A DNA stretch of 64,000 nt, taken from contig NC_042999.1 of the NCBI RefSeq assembly GCF_006345805.1, positions 101,060,001-101,124,000 of the forward strand, written 5' to 3'. The notes below the pieces were generated by a model. That model did not search any database and was not told the origin of the DNA. It was given only the letters and a program-made list of their open reading frames with translations. Position 1 is the first letter of the stretch. Each line of letters starts with the position of its first letter. Source of the stretch: Octopus sinensis. Lineage: Eukaryota. A program made the translations under genes and the position numbers. Shown piece by piece: positions 24,953 to 40,154 of this stretch.

Positions 24953-26683
24953 TACTTTCTGTCATTTCAAAAATGTAACCATATCTTGAGATTTTAAACT
25001 AAAGAAAGCAAGCTCTTATTAAACTTCAAAAAAAAAAAAAGAATTATCATAGCCAGAACAATGACCAAAGTGATTTGTAAATCAGCTACCTCCACAGATT
25101 GAGGAGGTTTAACAAAGTTAAAGTAAGTTGGCTGAGGCTACAGTATTAGTTTGTACAATAGAATATTGCTCTCTCTCAACAAAGCAGAGATGTTTAGTGC
25201 CTTGCCCCATATATTTTAGTGTTAGCACTGCAATACCCACTCATCTCAGCCATTGTAACACTTCAATTATGAATAGACAGTATCTGCTTTCTTACTAGTG
25301 ACAGAGCAAAGCAGCTTAGTGTATCTAGATAATGGTAAGTTTTAACCGATTGCCTTCAGACCTTAATTTGTGGGCCACTCTGAGCATTTAAAATAATCAT
25401 CAAAGAGCAAATATATCTGAAAACAATCTTGATCACACGGCATCACTAAAGTTCTGAGAGCTACTTTTATGGAAATCCGCCAATTATTATCTGCAAACAT
25501 ATTTGATGCTGTAGACTCTACAGTGTAGAGTCTTATAGTAAACTTCATATTCCAATGGAAAGTTAGAATATTTAATTATTCAGATATAGTAAGCACCATA
25601 ATATCTGAGATTGAAAACATCTAAGGAAAACAATTTATCGTCCAATATGATATTTGCTTATACCACTGATCGCTATTTTAACCTCTTAGACTCAACACAA
25701 CTAGAGATCTGATAATTTTGTTTACAGCACAATTACAAAAAAATATCGATATTTAAACTGCTTTTGTTTTAAATAGGCAATATTTTATCCAATAAGATGT
25801 ACAGTTTTGGAATAGAAGATGCAGTACCTAGGTCTGGAGAACTACTATCAGTAGTTTGACTACAACAGCATTTATGTTGTTGATATATAATGTATGTATG
25901 TGTGTTGCACCTTGAAAGATGTAATTCCACAGGGATGCTGCTAGGAGAGGAAGAATGAGGATTAGTATTTGAGGAATAGATAAATGTCCTAAGTAGATTT
26001 AGGGCACTTATCTCTCTTACTCCTACATCTCACATATAAACTACATAAGGTTACAAAAATGCATGAGATAAGTTGCCTAACAGCATAAAAATAGAAAAAA
26101 TAAACTCAATACAGAGCTAAAGCTAGAGATTGATGAGTGTTCTTTGACCATATGCATATCTATCAAGTGAAAAGCTGGGCGATTGTGTATATCCATAATG
26201 AATGCACCAGCCTAGACATGTGAGAAGGATTTATGTGTGGCATATATGTATACCTTATATAGCATCAGAAGTTGTTGAGGACATTGTTTTTATTTATTTT
26301 TGTTTTGTTGGGGAGAGGGGCTTCAAAGAGGAAACCAAACTTTTGCAAACCAATATACAATTTTAGCCATGAAGTATATGTAACAGTTATATGTAATATC
26401 CATTATAAGTACTGAGAACTTGAAATTAAAGCAGCTTAATATATTGGCTTCAAAACCATGCAAATAATAGGTATTAAATGTTCCAATAAGATACATTTCT
26501 TAGCAAAAAATTATCTCCTTTCAAATAACTCATTACAATTTTGAGTATTTCCAACAATACTGACACTTCATAGTTTCACACCATAAGTTTATGCTACCTT
26601 GCATTCTTTTGAAATCAGTGAGACAGGTAGCAGTTATGTGCGAGATGTCAATTCAGTTAGCTGATCACTTTCATATAACTTTA

Positions 26684-27455
26684 CTAGCTAAATTACCCAG
26701 TGTTGCCTGGGTTATTATTTAGATTAGTAAACAATAAATATAAAAATGTATTTTTTCTCATAATTATTTCAAAATATCTATATCTTATTAAAAATTATCC
26801 AAATTGTAATGATAGAATTTAGAACAGAAAATCTGTCAAACTTAAAGCACCTCAGAGTAAACAATATTCATTATGTAATTTTTTGTTGGTGTCCAAATGA
26901 ATAAATTGTTGCTGCTTCCAACTCATGAGCAGCCAACATACAGTTGGCTATTGGAGAAGCATGTAACAGAGAGATGAAGTCCAACTACCTTGAGCGACTG
27001 ACCCTGAGATTTGTTAATTGAAATACTAAAACTTAGTTTGACTGGAAACTGAAGCATCTTAAATTCAAATGGAACATCTGTAGGTGTGAGAGGAAATTTT
27101 GGAATAAAGACATTTTGTTCTTTGTGGCTACCTGTTATGAATGTTGCTTGTAGAACATGGGACTTCATGGAAGTAACAATTAAGTGAGTTCCATTACACA
27201 GGTGAGGTGGGTCAAGATTCCTAAGTAACATAATGGGAGCATCCAGCTTTAGTGTCAAGTTATGTGGTAGCATCCCAGTGGGTTTAAGTGTGTTGAGAAA
27301 TTCAAAGGATATTGAACAGCTTGCTCTTGATCTACTGTTATGTGAATTGATGAAAAATAATTTCTGATGTATTTGCTAACTTTTGAAGTTCGTGATTGAG
27401 CTTATCAACCATTTCATTAGTTGGAGCCAGTATAACTCTTTCACATAGCCAGTTT
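26684..27455 (-). mobile_element. Helitron 3' fragment (PIF1-type helicase C-terminus plus 3' terminus)
   Basis: WLCERVILAPTNEMVD..LPHNLTLKLDAPIMLLRNLDPPHLCNGT..FPVKLSFSISINKSQGQSL..QLYVGCS; 3' hairpin CCCAGGCAACACTGGG then CTAG|T at 26687-26683. Confidence 0.9.
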
Positions 27456-27506
27456 ACAGCAGTGTAATTGACAATCACACATACACTCACACATGCATAC
27501 ACCATC

Positions 27507-29191
27507 ATATACTCTATCCATATGGTATATTTATGCTTGACATTTTAAATTTGGCTGCGTGCCTGCATAAGTTCATCAGCCCACTTCTTTGATTCAAAGA
27601 ATTATTGTCTTTGAATAAAATATAGAGTTTTTCTAACAGGCAAAGATTGCATCTGAAATTATTTTTGTGTGCTCCATGCCTGTATGGTGCCGCTCTGTCC
27701 AGAATGCTCCATGTCACGTTGAAAGGTGGGGTTTCCTTTTCTTTTAGTTCCCAGACATATTTTGCTAGGCTGGTCCTCTTCCTATTTTCTGGGTATCTAA
27801 ATGAATTTTTATGCGAATAAAATCGCGTTTTAAACGAGTTTTCTGAAGCCCCTGCATATGTCTTGTATTCCGATGAGCCTTCTATTTGTACCTTTGCTCT
27901 ATAAACTACTCCTTTTACTAGACATTTCCTTTCTAACGGACAGGAGGATTCATTTTTGCAATTGCATTTCTTAATGGGCTCAGCACCAGCATAAATATAC
28001 CATATGGATAGAGTATATATTTTGTCTTCTTGTATTTTTGATTTTGAAATTTTGATTTTGATTCTTGGACTAGTATGTAAACGCAATGATGGATTTGTTT
28101 CGCGCTATGCAGATTCCATTCCGTATAGCAAAGTCTCATGCATGTATTTTGTTTAGATTTCTACATATTTCTTAGGAAAAACCTTTGGCTTAGTTTATTT
28201 CATGTTATTATATTATATAGGCTTACTTTGATTTTTAATTTATAGATGATCTGAAATAGGGGGGTTATATTTTACATGTCTTTTGTATAATTTTCATTAT
28301 TACACTCACCATTTTTTTAAAAGCAATGTTGTCAAAAATTAGAATTTTGATGTAAATATGTGTATAGCCACGAATATGTATTTGTAAGCATATGTCTCTG
28401 TGTATGTGTAAGTGAGCATATGTTTGTGCTTAAGCACACACATACACGACTGTATGTGTATGTATCCACTTGAACTTGTGTGTTTGTGTACTTGCATCTC
28501 TATATGTGTCAATATACGAGGTTACACAGCTTGTATACATAATTTTTCTTATTTCGTTTTTTCCCCACCCCTCCTTTTTTTCTTTTTTTCCTTCCCCTCT
28601 TTTTCTTTTTTCTCTCTCTTCCTTTCTTTCGTTTTTTCTCTAACTATACGATACATGTATAAAGTCATGCAACTTCACGCCCTCCCTCACTTACTCATGT
28701 CTTAAGCTTTGCTTCGCAAATACGAAAGATACTTAACCATCCATGATTTTAGCTTGCATGCGAACTAGATTGCATATACATATGTATACATACATTTGTG
28801 TGTATATTTTAGCTTTATATTTAAACGTCTGTATATGTATGGGGGTCGCACGCATCTATTCTGTGTATGTTGATATATATGTATACTTTAATATGAATAT
28901 GTATTGCTGTGTTATATTTTTAATGCATATTTTTAATGCATTTCAATTTCCATGTATTAATTATATTTCCTTCATTAACGTCAATATGTATTTTATTCAA
29001 TGTAAGGTTTTTCCTCGAATTTTATAATTTTTTATAATTTTTATATATATATATATATATACATATTTTTGAGCTCATCTTTGTTTATCGCTCGAAAATT
29101 GACCGTTATTTCTAAAGGGCCAATCAATCAAGTCCATTTTTTTTAAAGGTGTAGCGTTTGTAATAGTCTGGATAGAATTGACATATCGGTT

Positions 29192-29193
<2 letters not shown>
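27507..29193. mobile_element. PLE insertion: GIY-YIG endonuclease segment inverted (minus, 27538-27987) relative to its putative 3'UTR (plus, 27988 to ~29193)
   Basis: Open frame CNCKNESSCPLERKCLVKGVVYRAKV..KTYAGASENSFKTRFYSH..CNLCLLEK..LNQRS..CRH; exact 31-bp inverted duplication 27507-27537 / 27988-28018 contains the ORF end SINIPYG*. The right boundary is inferred. Confidence 0.8.
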
Positions 29194-29266
<73 letters not shown>

Positions 29267-29632
29267 CATATATATATATATTGCCAGCATCATAATGATC
29301 TTCATTACTTTAAGACAGTTTCATCTACTAAGAGATTAGTCGCGATGGCTCAACAACAGAATCAGGCATCATGGTTTACTTTTTGAGTTGTGTTTTACAA
29401 CCAGACACCCTTTCTATCAAATATTCTTTTCTTTTCCTCTCTTGTGAAATACATGAATACAGTGTATCTATTCCAAAATAATGATGCACACACACACACA
29501 TATATACGTGCTTCTGTGTTTTGTGTGTGTGTTTGTTATAATATTCACACACATATATATGTATATGCAAAGGGCAATCATTTAGGGGACGAGATATAAG
29601 ATTTTTGCTTGGAGGTTCTGTTTGACGGTGTT

Positions 29633-29816
<184 letters not shown>

Positions 29817-30369
29817 ATGGAAAGTTAATTCTACTCTGCAAGGTTTGGATATCTGACAAAATTTTATATGGTAAAGTTGTTATCAGATAAATTTTGGAAC
29901 AATGATGGTTGTTTCCAAAGCCTGACAGTCTCTTTTTATCTATTAGAAAGATGCTTTCCAAACCCCACACTAAGTATTATTTTCCAATATTACACTTTTA
30001 GCTATGCTTTGGTTATCTCTTGTCTGTGGTTTGGAAAAGTTATTTCTAGAATCAGGAGATGGCTTGCTTTTCCTTTATTTTATTATTTTCTTACTTTTAT
30101 TTTGCCTTTCTTTTTTCTATCCTTTTTAAACTTTGGCAATATGTAGAATGTGATAAGTAATAAAGAATAGTGATATATTAGTTGTCTTTTAATTAACACA
30201 TTAATAATATTGTTCCCTACTATTATTATACTATGCTTATTCAGTAATGTTATATAAAGACAAAATTTCTCAGTATGAAATTTTGCACTAGACTGTATGT
30301 TGCACTACATGAAAGAAAAGTGACTTTGGAGTTTATTGCACCTATAATTTTGTTAATCTATATATGCAT

Positions 30370-32395
30370 CTAAAATGTACAGTATTTCATATCCATTACA
30401 ACCAGTCTTACCAGTCAGTTTCACGTTAGGTATTCAATGGAGTGTTAGGTAACAATCCAATTATGTAACCCTGCTAAGACACTGGCATTCACTAGGACCT
30501 ACACTGAAGTCAGTGACAAGAACATACGCATTATCATGCACACCAGAAGAACCCTACTCTTCAGTAAGGGGTCAGCCTAGGTCAAACAAATGCAGAAGGC
30601 TCCTTCAATGTGGCAATGGGTGACTTGTGTAACCGCATTGGTTTCTTCATCCTAGATGTACTCACGAAGATGTTCCTTTCCCCTACCTTTGGCCTCTACA
30701 AGGATGATGCATTGGCAAAATCAAGAGGAGCAAATGATCGCATGCTAAATAAGTTTTAATAAACTCACCAGCACCATAAACTCCCTTGGACTGAAGTTCA
30801 CAATAGAACTGACCTGAAAACAGTGGATTTCTTTGATGTGACTCTGGATTGGGAGTTTGGTGCCTACAGACCCTTTAGGAAACCAAACAAGAAGCTATCA
30901 TACATTAACCCAGGTTCCTGTCACCTGGCTATAGTTTTCAAGAACCTGGAGAAGGATGTCAGCAGAAGAATCTCAGCTTATCTTCAAGTAAAGAGATTTT
31001 TGATGCTGCTGCTCATACTACAATGAGGCTCTCCCCACCAGTGGTATCAAGGATAGAATTAGTTACAAACCAGGCCCTATCCCCTCCAAGAGAAAGTGCC
31101 ACAGGAAAGTGCTTTGGTTCACACTGCCTTTCACTTTAAGTGTTAAAACCTGAGTAGGTAAGATTTTTCTTAGGTCAGTAGATAAGCACTTATCCTGTAC
31201 AAATAGGTTCAACAAAATATCCATTAGACATACCTTGAGAATTTTCTTTAGCTGTGCACTCAGTGTAAAAAAAGATTTTAGTAGGTAGGCCCACACCTGA
31301 GACAGAGGCAGGATGCCCATGTAGGGGTAACACAACATGTCCACTGAATGGCCACTGTAACATGGAGACCATTGTATATGAGGCAGAGGTAACAGTCATA
31401 GGATCAAATGGGCAACCAAATGTGCGAAAGCATGTGGGAGCAACTGAAGGCCCCTTCAGTACTTACCACGACAACCAGAAGTCCTCCTTCAACATCCCAG
31501 AGAGACATAACACCACAACCCTAACCAAGCACATTTGGTCTTTGAAATAAAATACCACTGAGTACAGCATAAAGTAGATCCTAGAGAAATGTAAAATGTA
31601 CTTCAATAGCAGCAGGAAGTGCAACTTATGCCTAGCTGAGAAAAGAGCAATTTTAAAAAGCACTCAGGCATTTACCTGAATAGTAGAAGTGAAATTTTTC
31701 AGCCTTGCCCATATGAAAGTACATTCTATCATACCTGTGTGCCTCATCATGACTATAACCACCAGTCCCCCAACCTCAGCCCTCCACCATACCCTGGAGT
31801 CCGGCAAAGAGTTTGACCAGACACACCCTCAAACAGCATACTCCAGCATGGTGGGCACCTATGCAATAGACTGTTTTCCACCACTTCCAGTATAAACTCC
31901 CACACACATCGTATCCCTACACACACCACATGCACACATAAAGACCCCACAAACTTAACCAATACATAAAAGAAAGAAAGCACACTAACAAACACAGATA
32001 TGTAGGCCCACATCTCTTGCAAAGGTTATACTCATAGTACCACTACAGAAATTCCATTTCCACAAGAACACCAATATTAAGGACATACATATTTCCCACA
32101 TACACTTCCAGAAAACTCTTACTGACTTACAACATAACCACCCCAGCAGTGATGTTTTGGTACCAAGAGACATAACTCTTAACTCAATCCCCTGCTCATT
32201 TAATTTCATTATCTTTTTCACAGCAACCACATGTGTCTATTTATCTCTAACAAAGCAGTCACCATATTTCATTCCATATTGGCTACCTATGATGAGCACA
32301 GGGTTACATAATCGGATTGTTACCTAACACACTGCTGAATCCCATGAAAGCGATTAGTAAGACTGGCTGTAATGGATATATAGTACTGTACACTT
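30370..32395 (+). mobile_element. Decayed PLE (RT, linker, GIY-YIG EN, 3' repeat) with a 5'-inverted terminal copy
   Basis: GLYKDDAL (~30691), DFFDVTLD..YRPFRKPN..YINPGS, RKVLWF.LPF, CPLNGHC..IVYEAEV..KHVGATEG, CNLCLAEK; 30370-30475 is the reverse complement of ~32300-32395. Confidence 0.85.
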
Positions 32396-32482
32396 TGGAT
32401 AATATACCCACTCTATTAACAGATATATGAGTACATCTTTTCCTGAATTATGAACTCTTAGACGACTTACACACATACACAT

Positions 32483-32529
<47 letters not shown>

Positions 32530-32870
32530 AAATCTACTGTTATTGTTTATCCCTAATCAAGAAGACCTATAACCAAATTGAACAAAGATGCTGTACTATA
32601 CAAAGCCCATGGTCAAGATACTTAACTTTCAATGTCCCAATAAACTTTATAATGCATTCATATCAAGAGGAAATACATATTGTTCATTGTAGAACGAAGA
32701 AACAGCATATAGAAACAAACAAGTAATTTGAAACCGCAGAGTTCTGTATTTCAAGAATTTCCATAGATTTAAAGAAACAAGTTGGCACAAACTGTTTTGT
32801 ATTCAATTCAATTCTCAAGGATTTAACAAATGCACTGAACTATCTAGCAATGGTTAAGTTGATGAGTTAT

Positions 32871-32876
<6 letters not shown>

Positions 32877-32933
<57 letters not shown>
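32877..32933. repeat. (TG)n microsatellite, representative of dozens of (TA)n/(CA)n/(CT)n/(AAT)n tracts
   Basis: Read directly from the sequence. Confidence 0.95.
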
Positions 32934-32938
<5 letters not shown>

Positions 32939-33304
32939 TGCGTGCGTGTGTGCATGCGTGTGTGCATGCATGCATGCATGTGTATTTTATTGACACTACA
33001 TGATCTGTCACTGAGGCATTTAACTTTTGATGATCTTTGCTCCATTACCTTACTAATTTGGCAAGTTAAAGGTGGATTGAAGAATTTTATTAACAGTCAA
33101 CTGATCAAAGATTGTTTTAAGGTAAGAAGATGGCTGTGCTTGAAGCTCTTGATATTGGGAAGATGACCAGGTCAATTTGGTGTAAAAGGTACATCTAAGA
33201 TAACTCTACATGCATACATACTCACACATCTATACTTCTGTGCAAATTATACCACAGAAACTTAATCATTTCTGAACAATCCAAACTGACAATTATTTTA
33301 TTAA

Positions 33305-33524
33305 CCCTTTAGCATTCAGATTATTCTGTAAAATGTAAAGCTTATGTATTCACACCATGTAAAATTAATCTTGCATCATTTCATGGCTTTGAGATTTCAA
33401 TGATGTGATTGTTTATTTTTAAAATGACACAATAAGGTAGCTATGAATGACCATATCTGACTAGTTTGAACATAAAATAGGTAGAATATTTTGGCCGGAT
33501 ATGGCCGGTTTAAACACTAAAGGG
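33305..33524. mobile_element. piggyBac-type MITE, ~220 bp
   Basis: TTAA|CCCTTTAG..CTAAAGGG termini (right TSD decayed); homologous to 62181-62394. Confidence 0.7.
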
Positions 33525-33684
33525 ATGTAGCAAAACTAAGAAAATTAATTCTGCATCTATGATACAAATACATTAATGTAGTTGTTGCTGCATTAGTCAC
33601 TGCTCTGATTATGCAAACATATAACCAACAGCATTTAAGTCTTCTCTCAATCTATGTATGATCCAAAACTACATTATCCAATGT

Positions 33685-33755
<71 letters not shown>

Positions 33756-36057
33756 TGGTAGGATGTGGCTTGAGGAATATTTAGCTGCTACTCCTAATAA
33801 GTTATGCAACCACGGAAATGCTCCTCCATTAGTTCACAAGTATATTAATTATATTGAAAGTTATTATGAGTTTTATATATTGCGATCATTAGAAATATCT
33901 TATGGTCATGGGTGAGTGAAGAGCTTCATGTGGGGTCTTCAGTGTAGCACAATCAGCATCCTACAATATTCAAATTAAGGACAAAATGTTTAATTATTCA
34001 TGTTCACAACAAATGCAGAAGTGCTATGGATGTAATCCTAATCAAATTCTCCATGTGTAATATCTCCTTAACCAGGATGCAAGACATGAAGTTGCTATTG
34101 AATGAGAAACTGGCTAACTCTGTGCAGCTGATCTCATTAAGCAAACCTGTCCAAAGCTATTTGACAATAATATATTATTTGCTATCATTGTTAGAACTAA
34201 AGTTTATAAATTCAGCAAGTCTATCAGCTAAGAGAGAAGATAGAAAGAAGGTTGGAAACAGAACCTTAATAAGCCGAATTATGCTATGTAACAAAGTTAA
34301 GTAGTGACCACTTTTATTATGCAACCTCTATTTAGAACAAAATTGACTCTCTTTTGTTTATGGCCAACAGTGATTTCAAGCAATGAATTAACAAGTATCA
34401 TCTATTTCATTTAATTCTGCACTATTGATTATATTCTGGTATATATATATATATATATATATGTATGCGTGTGTATGTGAAGCCACTATATTGCAAGAAG
34501 TAAATGGATTCGTTTTGAACAATACTAGATTTTAGACTGGTGTAAACATGCACTAACATACACACATGCACATACAAATAAATATGTGATGGGTTTCATT
34601 ACAATTTCCGTCCTCCAAATTTCACTCACAAATTACTGCTTAACTTAAAACCATAGTAGAAGCAGTAGATACAAACCCAGAACCAAACAGATACAAAGCA
34701 AACATCTTAACCACATAGTCATGTTGAAGCTCCAGTTTTTCTATTATTTTTATTATTATTACTATTTATTTATTTATTTATTTATTTATTATCTTGTTCA
34801 ATGAAATGTAGAAGTCATTTTTGCTAAAAGCAACCAATTCCAATTGGTTATCTTCAAAGTTTGCTCAGAAAGCAATCTAGTTTTATATATTTGGCCTGAT
34901 GTTGACACATTGCTTTATTTAGGGATAGTTCTTTTAAATATGACCATCATCAGGTGATTCAGACAGCAGCGGCAGCAGAATTAAATCAATAAAGGAACTG
35001 AGTCAATGGGCACAAGAACTTGAGTTAAATGTGCTATTATCATGCAGCAGAATGCTGTATTAAGTAAGACAGTATATACTGAATAACATAGGCTAATAGC
35101 TACATTGTAAGCAGCCAGTATCATAGTTTACAACTAGGCTGTTTGTTTTGAAGAAGGCAGGGTTTTCTTACTACTAGTATATTTCACTATAGATCCTTGT
35201 CTTGATTGCATACAAAAATGTACACAATGCATACATACAGAAACACACACAAAAGCATTTACACTCACACAGACATAATCTCAGCTTAAATAGTGAGAAG
35301 GCAACAATAACCACTGCTAGTGTCTTTATGCCTTTACAGCATCATACTTGTTGTTGTATTACTAACAGTATAAATAATTAATTATTGTCTCTGTTTTGCT
35401 GTTACCACTGATGCTACAAGCACCAGTAATAATCCCCATACCTTATGTAATCTGTCTTTATAATATCCACTGTATTTGATGTCCCCATGGCAAATAAATA
35501 TAACTAATAATAATACTGACAAATTTTTTTTTTTATTTTGTCATAAAGCCATGAAAAGTATGTAAAACAATGAAGGAAATTAAATTCAAGGGGAAGATAA
35601 GAAGGGATAGGATTCAACAAGATATTTGAAAGCATAAGTATAAAATACAGCTGATACTGCAACAGCTGATGTCACTGCAGCTGATGTTGCTCCTGCTGCT
35701 GCTGCTGCTAATGGTGATGATGACTAGTGTTGCTGTTAACTGTTTCATCATGATCATAATCATGATCATCGTTTTAACGTCCACTTTTCCATGCTTGCAT
35801 AGGTCAGTCAGAATCTATTGAGGTAGATTTTTTTTTTTTGCCCTTCCTGTTGCCAACCATTACATGTTTCCAAGCAAGGTATTATTTTCCGTAAGCCCAT
35901 ATGAAAGGTTCTTTCATGGTAAATAATACAGTATTTTGTGTTCTAACACAACATCCACTTTTGAGTGGGGATAAATATAATCTTTCAGTATTGATATTGC
36001 TTCTGTCACTATTAATTATATATATATGTATGTATGTATACTTATACATATATATAT

Positions 36058-36088
<31 letters not shown>

Positions 36089-36743
36089 GATGATGATGAT
36101 GATGATATATATATATATTTATTTATTTATTATGGTAGTTTTGATTTTAAGAGTCCCTCCTAGCATGAGGCATTTATGTATAGTAATGCCCTTAATATAA
36201 ATAAATATATTTAAGAGGAAAATTTTATGGATCTTTCCCTTATGAGATTTTTCACGCTAACTACTTGATAAATTCTTATAAAGATTTTATCATAATTATC
36301 AATTGTATTTATATATATATATATATATATATTTATACATACTCACATATGCATACACACATAGACATAAACAAACAAACAACACACGTACAATACTCAC
36401 ACAAGCATATATACATATCTGTGTCCTTAGAGCACAAGACTTAAAAGTCCACTCACATTCTATCCAGCCAGCTAGTATGTTGTTATTTAGAGTAATCAGC
36501 TGAAATATTTAAGGGCATCCCTTAAGGACTTTCCATACCAAATAGTTTATTTTTCCAACTGACAAAGAACAGGATTTGAACACAGAATGAATAGAGTAAA
36601 TCTGAACTCAGAGCACAAAGAGTCAGAGCAAATATTGCAAGGCATTCTCTTTAATGCTCCAATGACTCTGCTAATTTGGCACCCTAATGAGTGTATGTAT
36701 GTGTGTGTATTTTTATCTGTATGTCAAAGTGTGTATTTGCATC

Positions 36744-36778
<35 letters not shown>

Positions 36779-37879
36779 ATTTGCAACCTCTGTGTGTATT
36801 TGTATCAGTGTACATGTGTTTGCATCTGTGTGTATGTGAGCTTGAATCTCTCTCTCTCTCTCTCATTCAGTGCACGTGCTTGCATCTGCATGTGTATTTG
36901 TTTCTGTGTGTACATACATATTTGTGTGTTTATATCTTTTGACATGTATAACTGAAAGATATAATCATCAATGAAAAACAACTGCTGTTCAAATTCATTG
37001 AGTTACAGAAGCTTCCTTTCCATCCTTGTTGTCAAAATGCAGTGAAACAGAGAATGGCCAGTTGGAAAACTAACCAACAATGCTATTGTCCACAAATTGC
37101 AGTGCAGAACAAACAAATAAGTGAATAAAAGATAGATAGATCCACATTACTCAGGGAAGATGTTGCAATGATGGGACAATTTGTTGACATGCAGTGGTTC
37201 TTATGTATCAAGCAAAATCAGAAATACAGAATTAAGAGCATTACTCAAGTGAACAATAAACACATACAAAAGAACAAAAAAAATCTCAAATTACATATTC
37301 AGAATAAGAACCAACATTCTAAAATCCAATTCACTTTCTTTTTAATTACATTTCATTTAGTTATATTTTAGATTAGTTATCATTACTTTACTAAATTCTT
37401 TTATTAATTTTGTTCCAGATTAATTATTTATCTAATTATCACTTTCTAATGGCCAGCCAGACTTACAATAGATTACACACCAAGTTTGCACTATCCATTT
37501 TCCTTGAATAATTTTTTTTCTTTTTAATTGTATTTTGCTTTTATTTGCAATAAGAACATTGTACATTTACACATTTTTTTTAGTAATTGCAAGAATCACT
37601 TTTGACTATATGTATGTAACCGTTTATGAATTTTAAGTACCAAAGCTGGTCAAGTGTAAAGCTCTTGTAAACATAGTCAAAATTATAAGAGGTAGACCCA
37701 GATTTGTTAAGCATATCAGAGACTTTTATCAGATACTGTTCATTATTGTAAAAGATATGCAGATATATCTGTTCTTATTATGGGAAGGAGGAAGAGGAGA
37801 AGGGGGAGAACAACAACAACAACAAGAGGAGAAACACAGTGGCAAAGGAGGAAGGAGACGAGGAGGGAGGGGAGGGGAT

Positions 37880-38040
37880 AGGAGAGGAGAAAGGAGAAAG
37901 ACAGAATGGACTAAACAGAACAGGAGGAGACATGTGGGATGGGGGATTGTTGAAGAGGTCACATGATGTGTGATGAAAGGTTTCCAGACAAAGGACATAA
38001 AATAAGGACAATAATAAAATAAATCTGAAATGAAGCAAAA
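37880..38040 (+). mobile_element. Family Y PLE-like repeat copy with a decayed HHR-like core
   Basis: TTGAAGA-GGTCACA..TGTGAT-GAAAGGTTTCCAGAC, homologous to 10750-10900. Confidence 0.55.
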
Positions 38041-40154
38041 TTAATGAGTACCACCGAAACTGTCAAAGATGAAATAATTATGTTCATTACTCTTGTTACA
38101 TAATCATTACATATACTCTATGGTTATTATAGCCTGCACACCTGCATTATATGATCACATATACAGCATCACAAATACTTTTTCCAGATATATGTACTAC
38201 AGTGAAAGAGAACATGTGGAATTCTAGATAAATTATCTGGGCTTAGGTAAATGGTTATAAAAGCACATCAATAATATATAATTATAATTGCATGTGTGTT
38301 CTATTAGCACTTAATTCAAAGGTATGCATGAGTATTAGTCTTTCACCAATGTATAAACAAAAGATGAGTGGAAAATTGAGGCTCCTGAAACAAGATTCTT
38401 TATAATATTTGCTCTGCACAGAGCTACATACACTTCCATATCACCCTCACCATCAGAAACACAGTGCACGAGTGATTAACCTGTTAGAAACCTTTATTTA
38501 AAGCTGTTATTGTCCACCAAGTGTGACATAAAATAAATAAAGACAAATTATGACAGAAAGTTAATCAATCATTTAGAAATAAAATTGCATTACTTTGTAA
38601 TATCTTATTTTAGCTTTCAGAAATTAGATTGGATATGATTAACTTGGCAAAAATATTGATTTGTTGAAATTTAATCTAAATGAGACATATTATCTTGAAA
38701 ACTACATTCCTTTGCTGTTTAAGCTCCAGGTCAGACCTATAATGATAGGTTTTACAGCTGTGTTCCTCTGGGGTTTTTTGTCCAATATGTAGATGCAGAT
38801 ATGCCTGTGAGGTTAAAAAGTTTGGTTCTGAACTCTACAGTTAGGGGTTCAATGCCACTGCACGGAAGCAGTTGGCTATTGTCTTCTATTTTAAGCTGCA
38901 GGTTGAGAAATATACTGTGAGTGAAATTGGCAGATGGAAACTGGAAAAAGACTGTCATGCCAAATCATCATCATCATCATCATTTTGGTGTCTACAGTGT
39001 CTACATGACTCACATAAAAGTATGTTGGAGCAGATTGTAAAGAAAATCCTTGCCAATCATACAAAGAATGTCAGTTGTGTTGCTTGCTTATGAAAGTGTG
39101 GGGATTGAAACCCCAACATGAAACTACCAGTTTGCAATCATGAGTATGCCATTACAGTTTCACAAGACTGATCTAAAAATCAACTAATCACAATGAAGCT
39201 ATGGTGTGGATGGCTCTTCGAATATTCACACCCTTTTACTGTAGTTAAATAGTTTGGCACTTAAATCATAGCAAACCACAGTTGGTCTTCAAGCAAGACA
39301 GGTCAGCAGGCCACAACTAATCTTCAAACAAAACACATTGATGTTCTCTTCTCCAAGCTTCAACGTGTTAACAGTTATTGTATCTGCATTTTCTCTTCTA
39401 GATAGCTAATGTCTAAGCCAACAGAGTAAATCTGCTTACAATTCTGATGACCAATAAATCTGTGATAATCTGTGTTTTTATATGCACAGTTTTCTATCAA
39501 TAAGATATGGTTGAACATTCATGAGTTTGCTTTATTTATAATACATGCAGTCAGCCAGAACTCATACAGTGTTATTTGTTTGCAGTCTTCAGTAAAAGTA
39601 TGTCCAGGTTATTTGATTTTCAATAGGCTAGAAAATTGCCTTGCTTAGAAACAGATGAGCATTGTTATCAGACAGGCATCGAGCAGTAGAAAATTCTGCT
39701 TCAATGAAATCTTATCTGACCTATTGCAAGTATGCAATGGAAAAAAATATAGTACTAGACAACCAGCTGACAGTTGGTGATTCATAACCTATCACCTGCA
39801 CTTTGATGTATTGACAGCCTAAACACTTAGCTCTTAGTGACTCATTCAGCTGATTCAGTTAGTCTCTGTAAGCAGCAGGAGCACTGTATACTCAACTTAA
39901 TGCTGTTAACTTGCAGTAATGAATTAAGTATCTCTTATTGATATAGTCAGACTAGTTTGTTCTAGATAGACTACAGAAATGAGAAGTATGCAGTGGTGGT
40001 CATGTAAAGGTTACAGGACTTATTGATGCCACCACTACATCTTATTAAAGTAAATCTGGCTGAAAAAGGAAAAATATTATTTGTAAATTCAAAATTGTAT
40101 CCAGTGTATTAGAATGACAATTTAACAATTTGTAATAAAAAATTTTTTTTTTAC

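Noticed and set aside
29068-29105. TGAGC..GCTC-GAAAATTGAC, possible 3' half of an HHR in the PLE 3'UTR
   Set aside because: The 5' core is absent and the cleavage position would be G.
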